64,000 nt of DNA from Dissostichus eleginoides (Eukaryota), in contig CM062274.1 in NCBI GenBank assembly GCA_031216635.1, positions 26,484,913-26,548,912 on the forward strand, written 5' to 3'. The stretch's first letter is position 1. Each line of letters opens with the position of its first letter. Both the position numbers and the translations under genes were made by a program. The notes beneath the pieces are model-generated. The model searched no databases. It was not told the origin of the DNA and saw only the letters and a list, made by a program, of their open reading frames with translations. Of the stretch, positions 1-10,448 are shown piece by piece.

Positions 1-1347
1 ACTTTGCTTGAATTGATAAATCACATTTATTTAGTGTTTTTGTTTAGGATCAATATCAGTAATAAATAAATAGTCATTTAATTAGTTTTTGCCAACTTTT
101 GTTTGCCTCAATTAAATTAGTATTTGTATTAATCCTTTTACATATTAACATAAAAACAGCTTCTTAAAAACATCTGCTGATAAGCCCACAGTTCCTGAAA
201 GTTATAATATTGAAGGTGCCTTATTGAGCAGAATATGATACAAAAAAGAAAAATAACAACTGTCAAACGTTATTGAATAATTCCGACATATACAACAATA
301 CTCTAGTCTCAGCATTGGTCTAACTTGTTCAAATGTGTAAAATAGCCTGTGTGTTATACAGTATGTTTCCTAACAATGACCTCTTGTGGCCATGTGAGTA
401 CAAATCTATTGCAGGTATTTAACATTCATAGGTACCAGCCACTTTGTACATACTGTAAGAACTAGTGCTGTAAATTAATACAAACATGTATGTATGTTTA
501 TCACAATAATAATCTGGGTCTTTAACTTCAGGATTTGCTCATGTTTCATTTAAAAAGTAAACTGCCTTTTATTTGAAGTTAATTACAGTACTTTAGTAAA
601 TGGGCAAATTAGATTTAGCTAGATCAGGAAATGGCAACTTTCTTTGAGCATGCATACAAAGATAAAAACCGTATGAATATATTGTGGGTGTATTACAAGT
701 TATCTGACAAGATAAAGCTCTTCCACTTCAACAAACTGCTGTTATCAGATAAAAAGCAGCTTTACCGCTTCACCTTTTTTTCTCAAAGTGAACAACTCCT
801 TCCTGAAAGTTATCTTTGAAATGATGTGCACTTTTTAGATTTATGATCAGCGGCAGACAGAGTACTTCAGAGGAAAGACATTTGTGTTTATCAGCATTTA
901 AAATTAAGATCCCTGCTTTCACAACAATGTCATGCTATTCTCTTTTTATGAACCAGTAAAACAGATCTATACATGATCAATACATTTTGAATATTATTCA
1001 TCTTTATGGCTTTGTAAAATTATATGTCTCTATTTAACACAAAGGACTTGATTATCTGACTTGTTTCAGTCTTAAATCTTTATTGTCAATGTGCTTTGGC
1101 AATAGTATGTTTTAAATGTGGGCATGTCAATAAAGCTTATTTGAATTTGTCTTGATTCTCAGCGTGAGAAAAAAAAACAATTTCCTTGTATTTTTTAGAT
1201 AGATATATAGATAATGATCTGGTACAGTTGCTAGGACTACCTTTAGCACTTAAGAGGTGTGACATATTGATGGTGTTTTGTTTTGTTTTATCCTTTACGC
1301 TATTGCCATTTTCCCAGACATCAGACATCATATTTCAAACTATCTAG

Positions 1348-1830
1348 ATGAAAATATTTCATAGGGCTGTTTTTAAGACCTTGCAGCTCTGGGTCTTCGC
1401 AGACCCTAGGATCCATGCTCAGTTCCATGCATGGAAAACGTTGGACAGATACCTTAGGTGCTTGGTAACACAAATGGAAGTGGCACTCTTTTTTCTCTTG
1501 TTCTGTTGTCACATGTGTTATCATTATTTTGAGTTTACTCGTACAGGGTCAAGTATGGATACACTGTTGGAAAATACAAGAAAGGCGATACAAATTATGC
1601 ACACAGGTTTAGAAGCTCTAAAAGTTGCATTGTTGAGAAGTGATTGGAGAACTATGTTTAAAGGAGAGTTGTTACAACACAGACAACACCAGAATTTAAA
1701 CTATGAACATTAATATAATTTCACTAATAGTTAATGGCCTAAACAACCCAATTAAAAAAGGGCTTACAAAAATAAAACATCAAGGTGGAGATATTGTATT
1801 TATGCATGAAACACATCTGTCAAAAGTACT
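1348..1830 (+). mobile_element. L1/Tx1-like LINE 5' fragment (ORF1 C-terminus plus ORF2 endonuclease N-terminus), truncated by the downstream microsatellite
   Basis: ORF 1703-1921 begins MNINIISLIVNGLNNPIKK...DIVFMHETHLSK. This matches the conserved L1 ORF2 APE-endonuclease start (ISLNVNGLNSPIKR...CLQETHL). The preceding ORF 1348-1713 stops 10 nt before it, as in an L1 ORF1/ORF2 junction. The same segment recurs at 19895-20390. Confidence 0.6.
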
Positions 1831-1875
1831 GTGTGTGTGTGCGTGTGTGCGTGTGCGTGTGTTTGTTTGTTTGAA
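1831..1875. repeat. (GT)n/(GCGT)n microsatellite
   Basis: Direct reading: gtgtgtgtgtgcgtgtgtgcgtgtgcgtgtgtttgtttgttt. Confidence 0.9.
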
Positions 1876-2025
1876 AGTGTTTATTATAATCGATATTCCT
1901 GCCCCTATTTACTTGTTTTGAACACCACCAAGTTTTTACCAAAGTCTGACTTCAATCTCAGAGTTATAAGATTCTAAGGGTCATCTAATTAACACCAGAT
2001 GTAACATATTCAATCAATACGTTTT

Positions 2026-2326
2026 TGTGATGCCCCCGTGGGTTCATCTAGAGAGGGTGTGGCTGTGCTGTCCGTGCTGCCTTGATTGCAGTAACTCAGG
2101 GCACCTGGGTCTGGTGCCCTGCAGCTATTTAAAGACTCTGCTCCTCTCTGCTTCTCCCTGCAGGCACCCCGGTTTTGTTGAGTATGCTATGAGTTTCTTC
2201 AGTTGCTTCACTTTGTCACTTCAACACTCTCACACACAATGTTTTGCTTAAATAAACATATTTTGTTAAACGTGGATATGGTGTGTCTCCTGTTTGTTGT
2301 GGCCTTTTTTGAGCCGGGTCATAACA
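2026..2326 (+). repeat. 5' LTR (301 bp, TG...CA)
   Basis: Near-identical to 5639-6057 apart from about 115 bp plus 13 bp that are extra in the 3' copy. Confidence 0.85.
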
Positions 2327-2328
2327 AA

Positions 2329-2341
2329 TGGGGGCTCGTCC
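2329..2341 (+). promoter_or_regulatory. Primer-binding site complementary to the tRNA-Pro 3' end
   Basis: tgggggctcgtcc begins 2 nt after the LTR end. It matches the canonical PBS-Pro (TGGGGGCTCGTCCGGGAT) over its first 13 nt. Confidence 0.6.
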
Positions 2342-2910
2342 TACGGGTTATTTGTAGAAAGTTTGGTTAAAAGTTTGTGTAGTGCTCAGAGCACATGGTG
2401 TCATTGAGCAGCTGATCAGTTGTTGTGGTCCAGCTCTGTGCTGGCTTGGCGCTGCTATTTGGGGGACACATCACGTCTTTTGTGTTTCAGGAAGCTTTAG
2501 TGTTTGACATGGCGTTAGGTTTTGTGTGCCAATCAGAAGGTAAGATGTTGCTGTTTGAAACGCTTTTGTAAAGGGATTTCCCCGCTAGGCTTAAGTGGCG
2601 TTTCCCCTTGGGTTGCGTCTGTTTGTTTTTTTCATAGTGTTGTGGCGACATGGTTAGTGTCAGCTGTTTTCGGACAGCTGTCTCGGGGGCACGTCCGCGT
2701 GATTTTGTGGTGTTGCCTGCGTGCAGGTCGCTCCACAACTCCGCTGGGTTCCAGTGCGTAATTACCCGCCGCAAGCCACATGAAGACTAGGTGAGATTAT
2801 TAAGATTTTGGTTAGGCAGTTAGGGGGAAATTCTCTGTTGGGTTTGTCTGTTGCCCATGCTTATTGGCAGTTTTACATTTTGCTTTCTGATTGGTTATAG
2901 GTAAAATATT

Positions 2911-4758
2911 ATGGCTTCTTTGTCGGCGTTTGTGGATGCGCCCTCAGTGTCTTTCTTAGATGATTGCAAGAAGGCGCAGTTGGTCGATATAGCAGAGCAT
3001 TATAAGATTGCTGTTGTAGGGAGCAAGCGGAAAGATGAGATTAAGGCTGTCATCGTGTCATCTTTGTTTGAGCAGGGGGTGTTGCAGAAGAGTGAGTTTG
3101 GTGCGGCAGGGGTCGTGCCGGTAGTGGTTCAGACAGCTGGTTTGACGTTCGGGCAGCAAAAAGAGCTTTTGGCCATGCAGTTTGAGCAGGAGAAGTTGAG
3201 GTTGGAGGAGGACAGGTTGGAGTTGAGGTTGGAGCAGGAGAAGTTGCAGTTGGAGTTGAGGGGTCAGCAGCAGGAGGTAGAGAAGCGTTTAGAGGTGGAG
3301 AAGGTGCTGGAGGTGGAAAAGATGAAATGTGAGGTGGAACATGCTAGATTACGGCTGATTGGAGAGGGCAAGCTTTCTTCTGATGGTTCGGCATCAGGTA
3401 GTGGCGATGTTATTTCTAACTTGCGGTTAGTGCCAAAGTTTAATGAGCGTGACCCTGACATTTTTTTCACCCTATTTGAATGCGTAGCTGCGGCAAGAAA
3501 CTGGTCAGATTCGGATAAGGTGCTGTTACTTCAGTGTGTACTCTCTGGGCGACCACAAGAGGCCTATTCAGCTATTTGTGGCGAAAATGCTTTGGACTAT
3601 GCTAGAGTAAAATCGGCGGTGTTAAAAGCATACGAACTGGTTCCTGAAGCGTATCGTCAAAAGTTCAGAAGTTGGGTCAAGGGGGATAAGCAGACAAATG
3701 TGGAGTTTATCCGTGATTTGACTTCTCATTTTCAGCGGTGGTGCGCGGCAGCAAAGGTTGCCAGTTTTGACGGTCTTTGTGAGCTGATTATATTGGAACA
3801 GTTTAAAGAGGTTATCCCTCAGCGTGTGGCCACTTATGTAAATGAGCAGAAGCCTTCCACCGCGCTTAGAGCTGCCGAATTAGCGGATGATTTTGTGTTG
3901 ACGCATAAGGGCAGTTTTACAGAGAAGTGTTCTAGGGGTGATTGGAGACGTGGAGAAGATGGTGGCTATTCCCGCGGTGGTGCAAAGTTTTCACCAGGCT
4001 CCTCCCGTAGATTTGCAGGTCCGGGGCGACCCGAGGGCGCCAGAGTGGGCCAGTGTAATTATTGCCGAGGAGAGGGTCATTGGAAGGATCAGTGTCCGTT
4101 GCTGGAACCTGAGGGGAAGCCTCGTTTTTCGTCACATGCTCCAGCCATGTGTTGTTCTGCAGTTTTGGTTAAAAAGCCGCAGGGTGTAGGATCGGGCATG
4201 GTGCCTGATAAGAAGCTGGTTTGTGCCGACTTGGATGGGGGTTCTGGTTTTGAGCCGTTTATAACGGAAGCCGTTGTCGGTAGTGGCAAGTATGTTCCGA
4301 TTAAGGTGTTGCGTGACACAGCAGCTAGATACTCATTTATTGTTGAGTCAGTGTTGCCTTTTTCGTCAGAGACAGAGACTGGGGATTTTGTGCTGATGAG
4401 GGGCATGGAGATGGGCTTAATTCCTGTGCGACGTCATACAATATTGCTGGATTGTGAGCTGGTGCGGGGAGTTGTGTCTATCGGCGTGCGTCCCGCGTTG
4501 CCACTTGATGGGGTACATATGATTTGGGGCAACGATCTCGCTGGTAGTGCTGTGTGGGCAGGGATGCCACCGCCTGTGGTGAATTCCAGGCCGTTGGCAT
4601 CTGTGGAGCCAGATGAGAGCGGTTTGCAGTTTCCAAGTGTGTTTCCAGTTTGTGCTGTGACGCGTGCGCAGAGCCGTAGGATGTCTGCTGACCCGCCTGT
4701 TTCGGAGTGTAGCAATGGTGACATGTGGTCTCATTGCCTGATCTCCCTTCGTCTGTAG
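2911..4758 (+). CDS. Retrotransposon Gag-protease polyprotein (coiled-coil, Retrotrans_gag-like region, CCHC zinc knuckle, aspartic protease with DTAA variant)
   Basis: 615-aa ORF. It contains a coiled-coil LEQEKLRLEEDRLELRLEQEKLQLEL and a gag core DIFFTLFE...NWSD..KVLLLQCVLSGRPQEAYSA. The zinc knuckle is CNYCRGEGHWKDQC (C-X2-C-X4-H-X4-C). The retropepsin-like segment is KVLRDTAARYSFIV, with DTAA in place of DTGA/DSGA. Confidence 0.8.
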   Translation: MASLSAFVDAPSVSFLDDCKKAQLVDIAEHYKIAVVGSKRKDEIKAVIVSSLFEQGVLQKSEFGAAGVVPVVVQTAGLTFGQQKELLAMQFEQEKLRLEEDRLELRLEQEKLQLELRGQQQEVEKRLEVEKVLEVEKMKCEVEHARLRLIGEGKLSSDGSASGSGDVISNLRLVPKFNERDPDIFFTLFECVAAARNWSDSDKVLLLQCVLSGRPQEAYSAICGENALDYARVKSAVLKAYELVPEAYRQKFRSWVKGDKQTNVEFIRDLTSHFQRWCAAAKVASFDGLCELIILEQFKEVIPQRVATYVNEQKPSTALRAAELADDFVLTHKGSFTEKCSRGDWRRGEDGGYSRGGAKFSPGSSRRFAGPGRPEGARVGQCNYCRGEGHWKDQCPLLEPEGKPRFSSHAPAMCCSAVLVKKPQGVGSGMVPDKKLVCADLDGGSGFEPFITEAVVGSGKYVPIKVLRDTAARYSFIVESVLPFSSETETGDFVLMRGMEMGLIPVRRHTILLDCELVRGVVSIGVRPALPLDGVHMIWGNDLAGSAVWAGMPPPVVNSRPLASVEPDESGLQFPSVFPVCAVTRAQSRRMSADPPVSECSNGDMWSHCLISLRL

Positions 4759-5137
4759 CAAAGGGGGACTGGGTGAGGAGTCAGAAGGACGATTCATCTC
4801 TCTCTGCTCTGTGGACTGAGTTGTTGCCGGAAGAGAAGGTCAGAGACATAGCCCAGGGTTACTGTGTTCAGGAGGGACTTCCAGGGCTCATGTTGGCGTC
4901 CAGGGAAGTACAGGGTTCAGCCCCAATGATTTGGTCTTTGGGCGTGCGGTGCGTGGTCCGTTGGCTGTTCTCCAGGATGGCTTGGTTGGGAGTGAGCCAC
5001 CTAAGAATTTAGTGGACTATGTACAGGGCTTTCGTCATCGCCTGTATGTACCGGTGGAAATGGCAGGGAAAAATGTAGTTGGTGCTCCGGCTAATAGGAA
5101 GAGACTCTATGACCGTAAAGCAGAGTATCGTGAACTC

Positions 5138-5310
5138 ATCCCAGGTGATCAGGTGTTGGCTCTAATGCCACTGCGGGTCTCGCCATTCCGTGCTGGGTTT
5201 GCCGGCCCGTGCACTGTTGAGGGTGAAGTGTCGGATCGGGGCTACTTGGTTGCTGCTCCAGATCGGAGGAAGTTGTCTCAACTGTGTCATGTCAACCTTC
5301 TTATACCATA
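5138..5310 (+). pseudogene. Integrase C-terminal remnant of the same LTR element
   Basis: GDQVLALMPLRVSPFRAGFAGPCTVEGEVSDRGYLVAAPDRRKLSQLCHVNLLIPY has the GDxVxL...GPxxV...Y.V...RK...HVNLLKPY signature of retroelement integrase C-termini. The rest of ORF 4931-5629 is G/W-rich low complexity. Confidence 0.55.
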
Positions 5311-5627
5311 CTGTGCTCGTGATGCTGTTGGGGATGGCTTCATGGCTGGAGAGTTGATTGTTGGCCCCATGGTGATGGTTGATTCTGTGCTTTCGGGTCC
5401 AGGGTTGGGGTTGGCTGGGGAGTGTGGTGTTGGGGCCCCGGATGGGCCTGTTATGTCTGGTGGGCTGGGGAGTTCGGAGTCGTTGTGCCTGTTGGACCTC
5501 TTGTTGGGTCGCTTGCATGCAGCACGGAGAGACGAGTTGGCGGCTTTGGTCGGGAAGTTTGTGGTACTGTTCTGGTTCTGGATGTTTTGTGCTGGATTTT
5601 CGGGGCTCCCTTTGGGGCCTCCGTCTT

Positions 5628-5638
5628 AAGGGGGGGGC
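5628..5638 (+). promoter_or_regulatory. Polypurine tract
   Basis: aaggggggggc directly abuts the 3'LTR start TGTGATG. Confidence 0.7.
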
Positions 5639-6057
5639 TGTGATGCCCCCTGTGGGTTCATCTAGAGAGGGTGTGGCTGTGCTGTCTGTGCTGCCTTGAT
5701 TGCAGTAACTCAGGGCACCTGGGTCTGGTGCCCTGCAGCTATTTAAAGACTCTGCTCCTCTCTGTCTTCGTCCTCTGCTTCTCCCTGCAGGCACCCCCAG
5801 TTTTGTTGAGTATGCTATGAGTTTCTTCAGTTGCTTCACTTTGTGCACTTCAACACTCTCACACACATACATGTCCATACAATCCTCACCCTGCATTTAC
5901 ACTACTGATACCACTGACATCCACACCTCATACTTTACTTGTTTTGCACTTAATTAATTTGGTTGATTTGAATGTTTTGCTTAAATAAACATATTTTGTT
6001 AAACGTGGATATGGTGTGTCTCCTCTTTGTTGTGGCCTTTTGAGCCGGGTCATAACA
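5639..6057 (+). repeat. 3' LTR (419 bp)
   Basis: Matches 2026-2326; ends ...gggtcataaca. Confidence 0.85.
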
Positions 6058-6210
6058 GTTTTGATCATAAACAGCTGAAAAAATGTGTCTTTCTCACGCA
6101 ACATTCTTAATTTATGTTGAGATACATATGTAAACCACAGATATTTGGGGAAATAGCTAAAGTTCTTTAACAGATACTTTTGTGTTGGTTTACCAAGTCA
6201 AATGCATGGA

Positions 6211-6277
6211 TTGGTTTGAATGACAGAGAAGAGGAAGCAATCTGGAAATGGGTGGATGGATCTCCACTGAATCTGAC
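6211..6277 (+). pseudogene. Orphan C-type-lectin exon-5 fragment ([23 protein letters not shown] followed by a gtaagg donor)
   Basis: attggtttgaatgacagagaagaggaagcaatctggaaatgggtggatggatctccactgaatctgac|gtaagg has no upstream acceptor or exon start. Equivalent fragments lie at 13655-13728 and 22476-22548. Confidence 0.6.
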
Positions 6278-6984
6278 GTAAGGCTCTACTTTGGTTTAAA
6301 TACAGACACTGGTTTATGTTGTGAATTTTCTAACTTAATTTACACTGTGAGGACAAAAGTCACATGTTTCTGTAATGGGAGTCAACACAACACACAGGAT
6401 GCATTTAATTAAAGTAAATGTTCAAATTTGATATAACTAGATCACGCAATGGCAACTTTTCTTTGACACGCATACCAAGATAAACACCTGAAGAAAAATA
6501 CTGTAGGTGTACTGAATGTGATTTGACAAGATAAAGCTCTTGCACTTCAACCAATTGGTGTTATCAGATCAAAAAGTGACTCTACCACATGCTATTATTT
6601 TTTCAATGTGAATAACTCTAAATGTTGTATGTACATGATCAGCAGCAGACAGAATGCTTCAGAGGAAAGAAATTACAATAAGTGAAATGCATGCAGCTGA
6701 TTTGGACTCTTTCGTTATTGGCTTTATAAAGTTTCAATTGTATTTTGTTAATTTATAGTTTTTTCAAGATTCAAGGCTTTTATTGTCATTCCTACAAAGC
6801 TACAGTGTAGTTATGTCGATGAAAATCTTAGGTCCCAGGCTCCTCCAACAGTGCAACACAATACAACAGATAAAATAGTGCAAGTAAATACAATCAAATA
6901 GAATAGAAGTAGTGCCATAAGAGTCTATATACAAGTGATACATCATTTGTGAGTTGCAAACTGGTGAATGTTATGGATGTTCTT

Positions 6985-7440
6985 AGTTCAGGTGTTTAAC
7001 AGTCTTATTGCCTGTGGGATGAAACTGTCCCTGAGTCTGGTGGTTTTAGTCCGGATGCTGCGGTACCGCCTGCCAGACGGCAGCAGACAGAACAGTTTGT
7101 GGCTGGGGTGATGGGGGTCTTTTATAATCCTGAGGGCTTTCTTCCTGAGCCGCTGGGAGTAAAGGTCCTCCATGGATGGCAGCTCCGTCCTGGTGATGTG
7201 CTGTGCAGTTTTCACCACCCTCTGTAAAGCCTTAAGATTGAGGGCGGTGCAGCTGCCGTACCAGGCCGTGATGCAGCCAGTCAGGATACTCTCTATGGTG
7301 CACCTGTAGAAGTTGCAGAGTATCCTGGAGTCCATGTTGAAACTCCTCAGCCTGCGGAGGAAGAAGAGCTGCTGTCGAGCTCTTTTGGTGATGGTGGTAG
7401 TGTGAAGAGTCCGTGTCAGGTCCTCAGTGATGTAGACACA
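6985..7440 (-). mobile_element. LINE (L2/Maui-like) 3' ORF fragment
   Basis: Minus ORF 6988-7335 reads ...CTIESILTGCITAWYGSCTALNLKALQRVVKTAQHITRTELPSMEDLYSQR...LLPSGRRYRSIRTKTTRLRDSFIPQAIRLLN. This is the widespread fish LINE RT C-terminal tail. Confidence 0.7.
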
Positions 7441-7689
7441 GAGGCACCTGAAGCTGCTGACTTTTTTCCAATAGTTTATTTGTGTATTTATGTAATCATG
7501 AACAAATTAAAATCTTTTGAAATGTTGTTGAAATCCGGATGTTACATTTATCATGAACTGCCAATATTATTTACCTTTATGGTTAAGTTTATGTATGTCT
7601 ATTTAACAGAATAGATTTCATAGGCAGTCAGTCTTAAACTGTCTGTAATTGTTTTAACTCTCAGCAAAAGACTCTGTCAGGTATCCACC

Positions 7690-7805
7690 TAAACCTTCGG
7701 GAAGGGGAAGTGAGAGCTGTCAAGGTGTTGACTTGGCCTCCAAATTCCCCAGATCTCAATCCAATTGAGCATCTGTGGGATGTGCTGGATAAACAAGTTT
7801 GATCC
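7690..7805 (+). mobile_element. Tc1-like transposase C-terminal fragment
   Basis: Translates to LTWPPNSPDLNPIEHLWDVLDKQV, the Tc1 DDE C-terminal motif WPSQSPDLNPIE.LW. Short related ends recur at 14380-14450 and 23215-23285. Confidence 0.7.
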
Positions 7806-8439
7806 CTGGAGGCATGGAACAGGAATGAAAGGATCTGCTGCTAACGTCTTGGTGCCAGACACCACAGGAAGCACTGGGATGGCTGCGCTGTCTCTCTTAC
7901 TCCTGGAGACGATTTTCCGCATGAATGGCTGAGGAAATCGGATCATCAAGATTATAAGGTTCAGGTTTGAGACATCAGTTCATGCTTAGTTTCCTCATTT
8001 AAGTCTTTGGTGAAACTAGCCTAAAGGGTTTCCTCATTCCATCCACTCCTTTCGACATTGTGTGGAATTCGATGGCATACTCAAAGAGAGAGTAGTCTTC
8101 TGGAGGCATCTTTAACCCGTACAGGATGGTCGAACACCCTCCACATCTCAGCTGAGAACCCCTGATACGATTCCAAAGTGGGAACCTTCTTCCCCACAAG
8201 GCTGAGACCTACTCCAAAGTGCTACCCCGAGGAGACCCATGAGGAAAGCAATCTTAGCCTTAAGACTGACACAATCCCACATCAGCGTCATACCGTTCAG
8301 GAGCGTGGACCCATGGCTCCCTGACAGGTTGTGAAATCATGGCTTCCTGTACCGGAGTTCCCGGAGGGGAACAGGCAGACTGTCTTTAATGACTCTGAGG
8401 GCTGGTAAGCTAGGCTGAAAGATCCCAAAGACTTTCACA

Positions 8440-8640
8440 TTACATTTCACCTGTTAGACGCTTTTATCCAAAGCCACTTACATACATTCAATACTGTGTG
8501 CAATCCCCAATGGGCTGAAGTGTCTTACCCAGGGAATCAACGAGATGCTGACTGCAGCACTGGAACCAGAGGCCTGTACTACGAATCTAGTTCAACATAT
8601 CCTGGATATGTTTGAGATAGCCGGTTGACCTAATCCAAAA
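8440..8640 (-). mobile_element. SINE (reverse orientation) with the teleost conserved tail
   Basis: agacgcttttatccaaagccacttac is the reverse complement of the gtaagtcgctttggataaaagcgtct SINE tail. Confidence 0.45.
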
Positions 8641-10326
8641 CAAACGCGCTCTCGCTAAACTGTCCTACGACGCGGGTTATCAAGTGGATCGCTCAAGCCA
8701 GCCGTACCCTACCTAGTTAGGTGCGCGTTCACATAAAAGGGGTGGTATTTGGAGCGATCGACCAATCACAAACATGGACAAGCCGCGTACTGACAGCGCA
8801 GTGCGTATACTTCCTGAAGGAAAAGTCAACTATAATATTAGACAAATATGAAGATGTTAAACTTTAAACATCCATGACTTAAACACTTTATCCAGGATAA
8901 AAGCCACATAGTTGCAGCTGCAAGGTGAATACAGCTCGTAAAAGAAAAAGTGTTTGAATGCGTTCATTAACAGTTTTATGATATCACTGCCCCGTCTAAG
9001 ACACTAGTGGATCTGACTTTAATTACATTTGACTCGAGAGTTTCGTCAACTTAATGTGTTGCTTAAAATAATACTTCTGCATACAGTACGTGACACTGTA
9101 AGTGTTGCAAGGCCAGATACGGCTCAAGAAGCTGACTCAGATAAGGAAATATATGATACATTGATGATGTGATATGAATGATAATGGGACACATCGACGT
9201 CTGCACTCACAGTGCCGCGGACTGTAGGCTACGTAATGTTACTTTGATCCGGTTACTTGTGTTGTGGCAGATATTTAAGTAAGCTTTCTTAACGCTAATG
9301 TTATATTAGTCAGATTGCTCTGAAGATGGGAGGTGATATTCTATTCATTTTCACGTTCACACAGTCGGTGATTTTGGCCGGCCGTCTTTCCTGCAACGGC
9401 AGTTTAAACTGTATTTCCTTTATCCTGTAATATGACTTGATCGCTTTAAACTCCGCACACTGAGCTCTGATTGGTCAGCAGGCGGTGCTTTCACTGAGTT
9501 GATCTCTTATCCTGCAACCTAACCTGATCTGGAGCAGGTTAGCCGCTCAGCATAAGTTACCATGGAGATCTAGCCCGCTAAAAAGAGAACCAGCGTCGTA
9601 GGACCGGAAACCCCGAGTTTTCCCTGAAGTTAGCCCGCTAAGCGAAAATCCGGCTTCGTAGTACAGGCCTCAGCTCTCCCCTGATCCGAAGTTTAGTGCA
9701 CTATCCCACTGCTCCACAGCCTCCTTATAGTGATATTTCACATAGTGGCTGGCTGTGCTGACCGAGGAGAACTCCCTGGGCAGTGACTGCGATACGAACA
9801 AAGACTGATAAAAACAAAGCACACCAAGCACAAATCATTTATAATGAGAAAAAGAAATAGAAAACTCATACCATAAAGACATGAGTCATGGAGGAGGAAA
9901 AGTGACAAATATTCATTGCCTAAATTAACTTTTATATTATTTTCTTTGCTGGATATTTCCAGGAAGGATTTTTAAAGGTAAAGTTTGATTTAGAATACCT
10001 GCATTCTTATTCCCAATTAAGAAGATTTCAGACTGAACTTATGTAAGTGTTCATGTAATTACTATTTTTAAGGTCTGTAACTTAAAATATTCAGTGGTGG
10101 ATGTTTTTTTGTGGAAGATAATTTTGGCAGCAGACAAACTTCAACATTAAAATGATATGACATGTATTTGTTTTAAATAAAAACAGAACAATTATATTGT
10201 ATCCCTCTAAAGAGCCTTTATATATACATGGAGTTCTGGAGAGAGAGAGAATGTCTGTAACTTTAATATGGTGTGTGTGATAATCATCTGGAAGATTGTC
10301 ATAGAAACTTCTTTCAGCAAATCTTA

Positions 10327-10348
10327 GATGAGTCACTTCCTCAGAAGG
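10327..10348 (+). promoter_or_regulatory. Proximal promoter element of lectin gene 1: single ETS-like ACTTCCTC motif fused to an AP-1-like TGAGTCA
   Basis: gatgagtcacttcctcagaagg lies about 100 bp upstream of the ATG. It is positionally homologous to the tandem gatgtgtgacttcctcaaag repeats of the paralogs. Confidence 0.4.
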
Positions 10349-10448
10349 ATAACATATTTAGAAATAGAAAACCTTAACCTCGGTCACATGTGCTGCAGTC
10401 CCTGATGCAGAGCTGACCTAAAGAAAAAAGTTGGCAGTTTTGAAAGCA

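Larger units (their letters stand above)
2026..6057 (+). mobile_element. LTR retrotransposon (Ty3/gypsy- or ERV-like), internally deleted and non-autonomous: 5'LTR-PBS-gag-PR...IN C-terminus-PPT-3'LTR
   Basis: Direct repeats TGTGATGCCCCC...GGTCATAACA lie at 2026-2326 and 5639-6057. A 5-bp target-site duplication GTTTT sits at 2021-2025 and 6058-6062. A PBS lies immediately 3' of the 5'LTR and a PPT immediately 5' of the 3'LTR. The internal ORFs are retroelement gag, protease and integrase C-terminus; no RT/RNase H region is present. Confidence 0.9.

Noticed and set aside
2911-4758. The 615-aa ORF as a host gene
   Set aside because: It contains Retrotrans_gag-like motifs, a CCHC knuckle and a retropepsin, and it lies between LTRs with a PBS and a PPT. 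It is a transposon gag-PR.
5379-5699. W/G-rich overlapping ORFs (MWCWGPGWACYVWW...)
   Set aside because: Alternate frames of the G/T-rich 3' end of the LTR-element internal region; compositional artefact.
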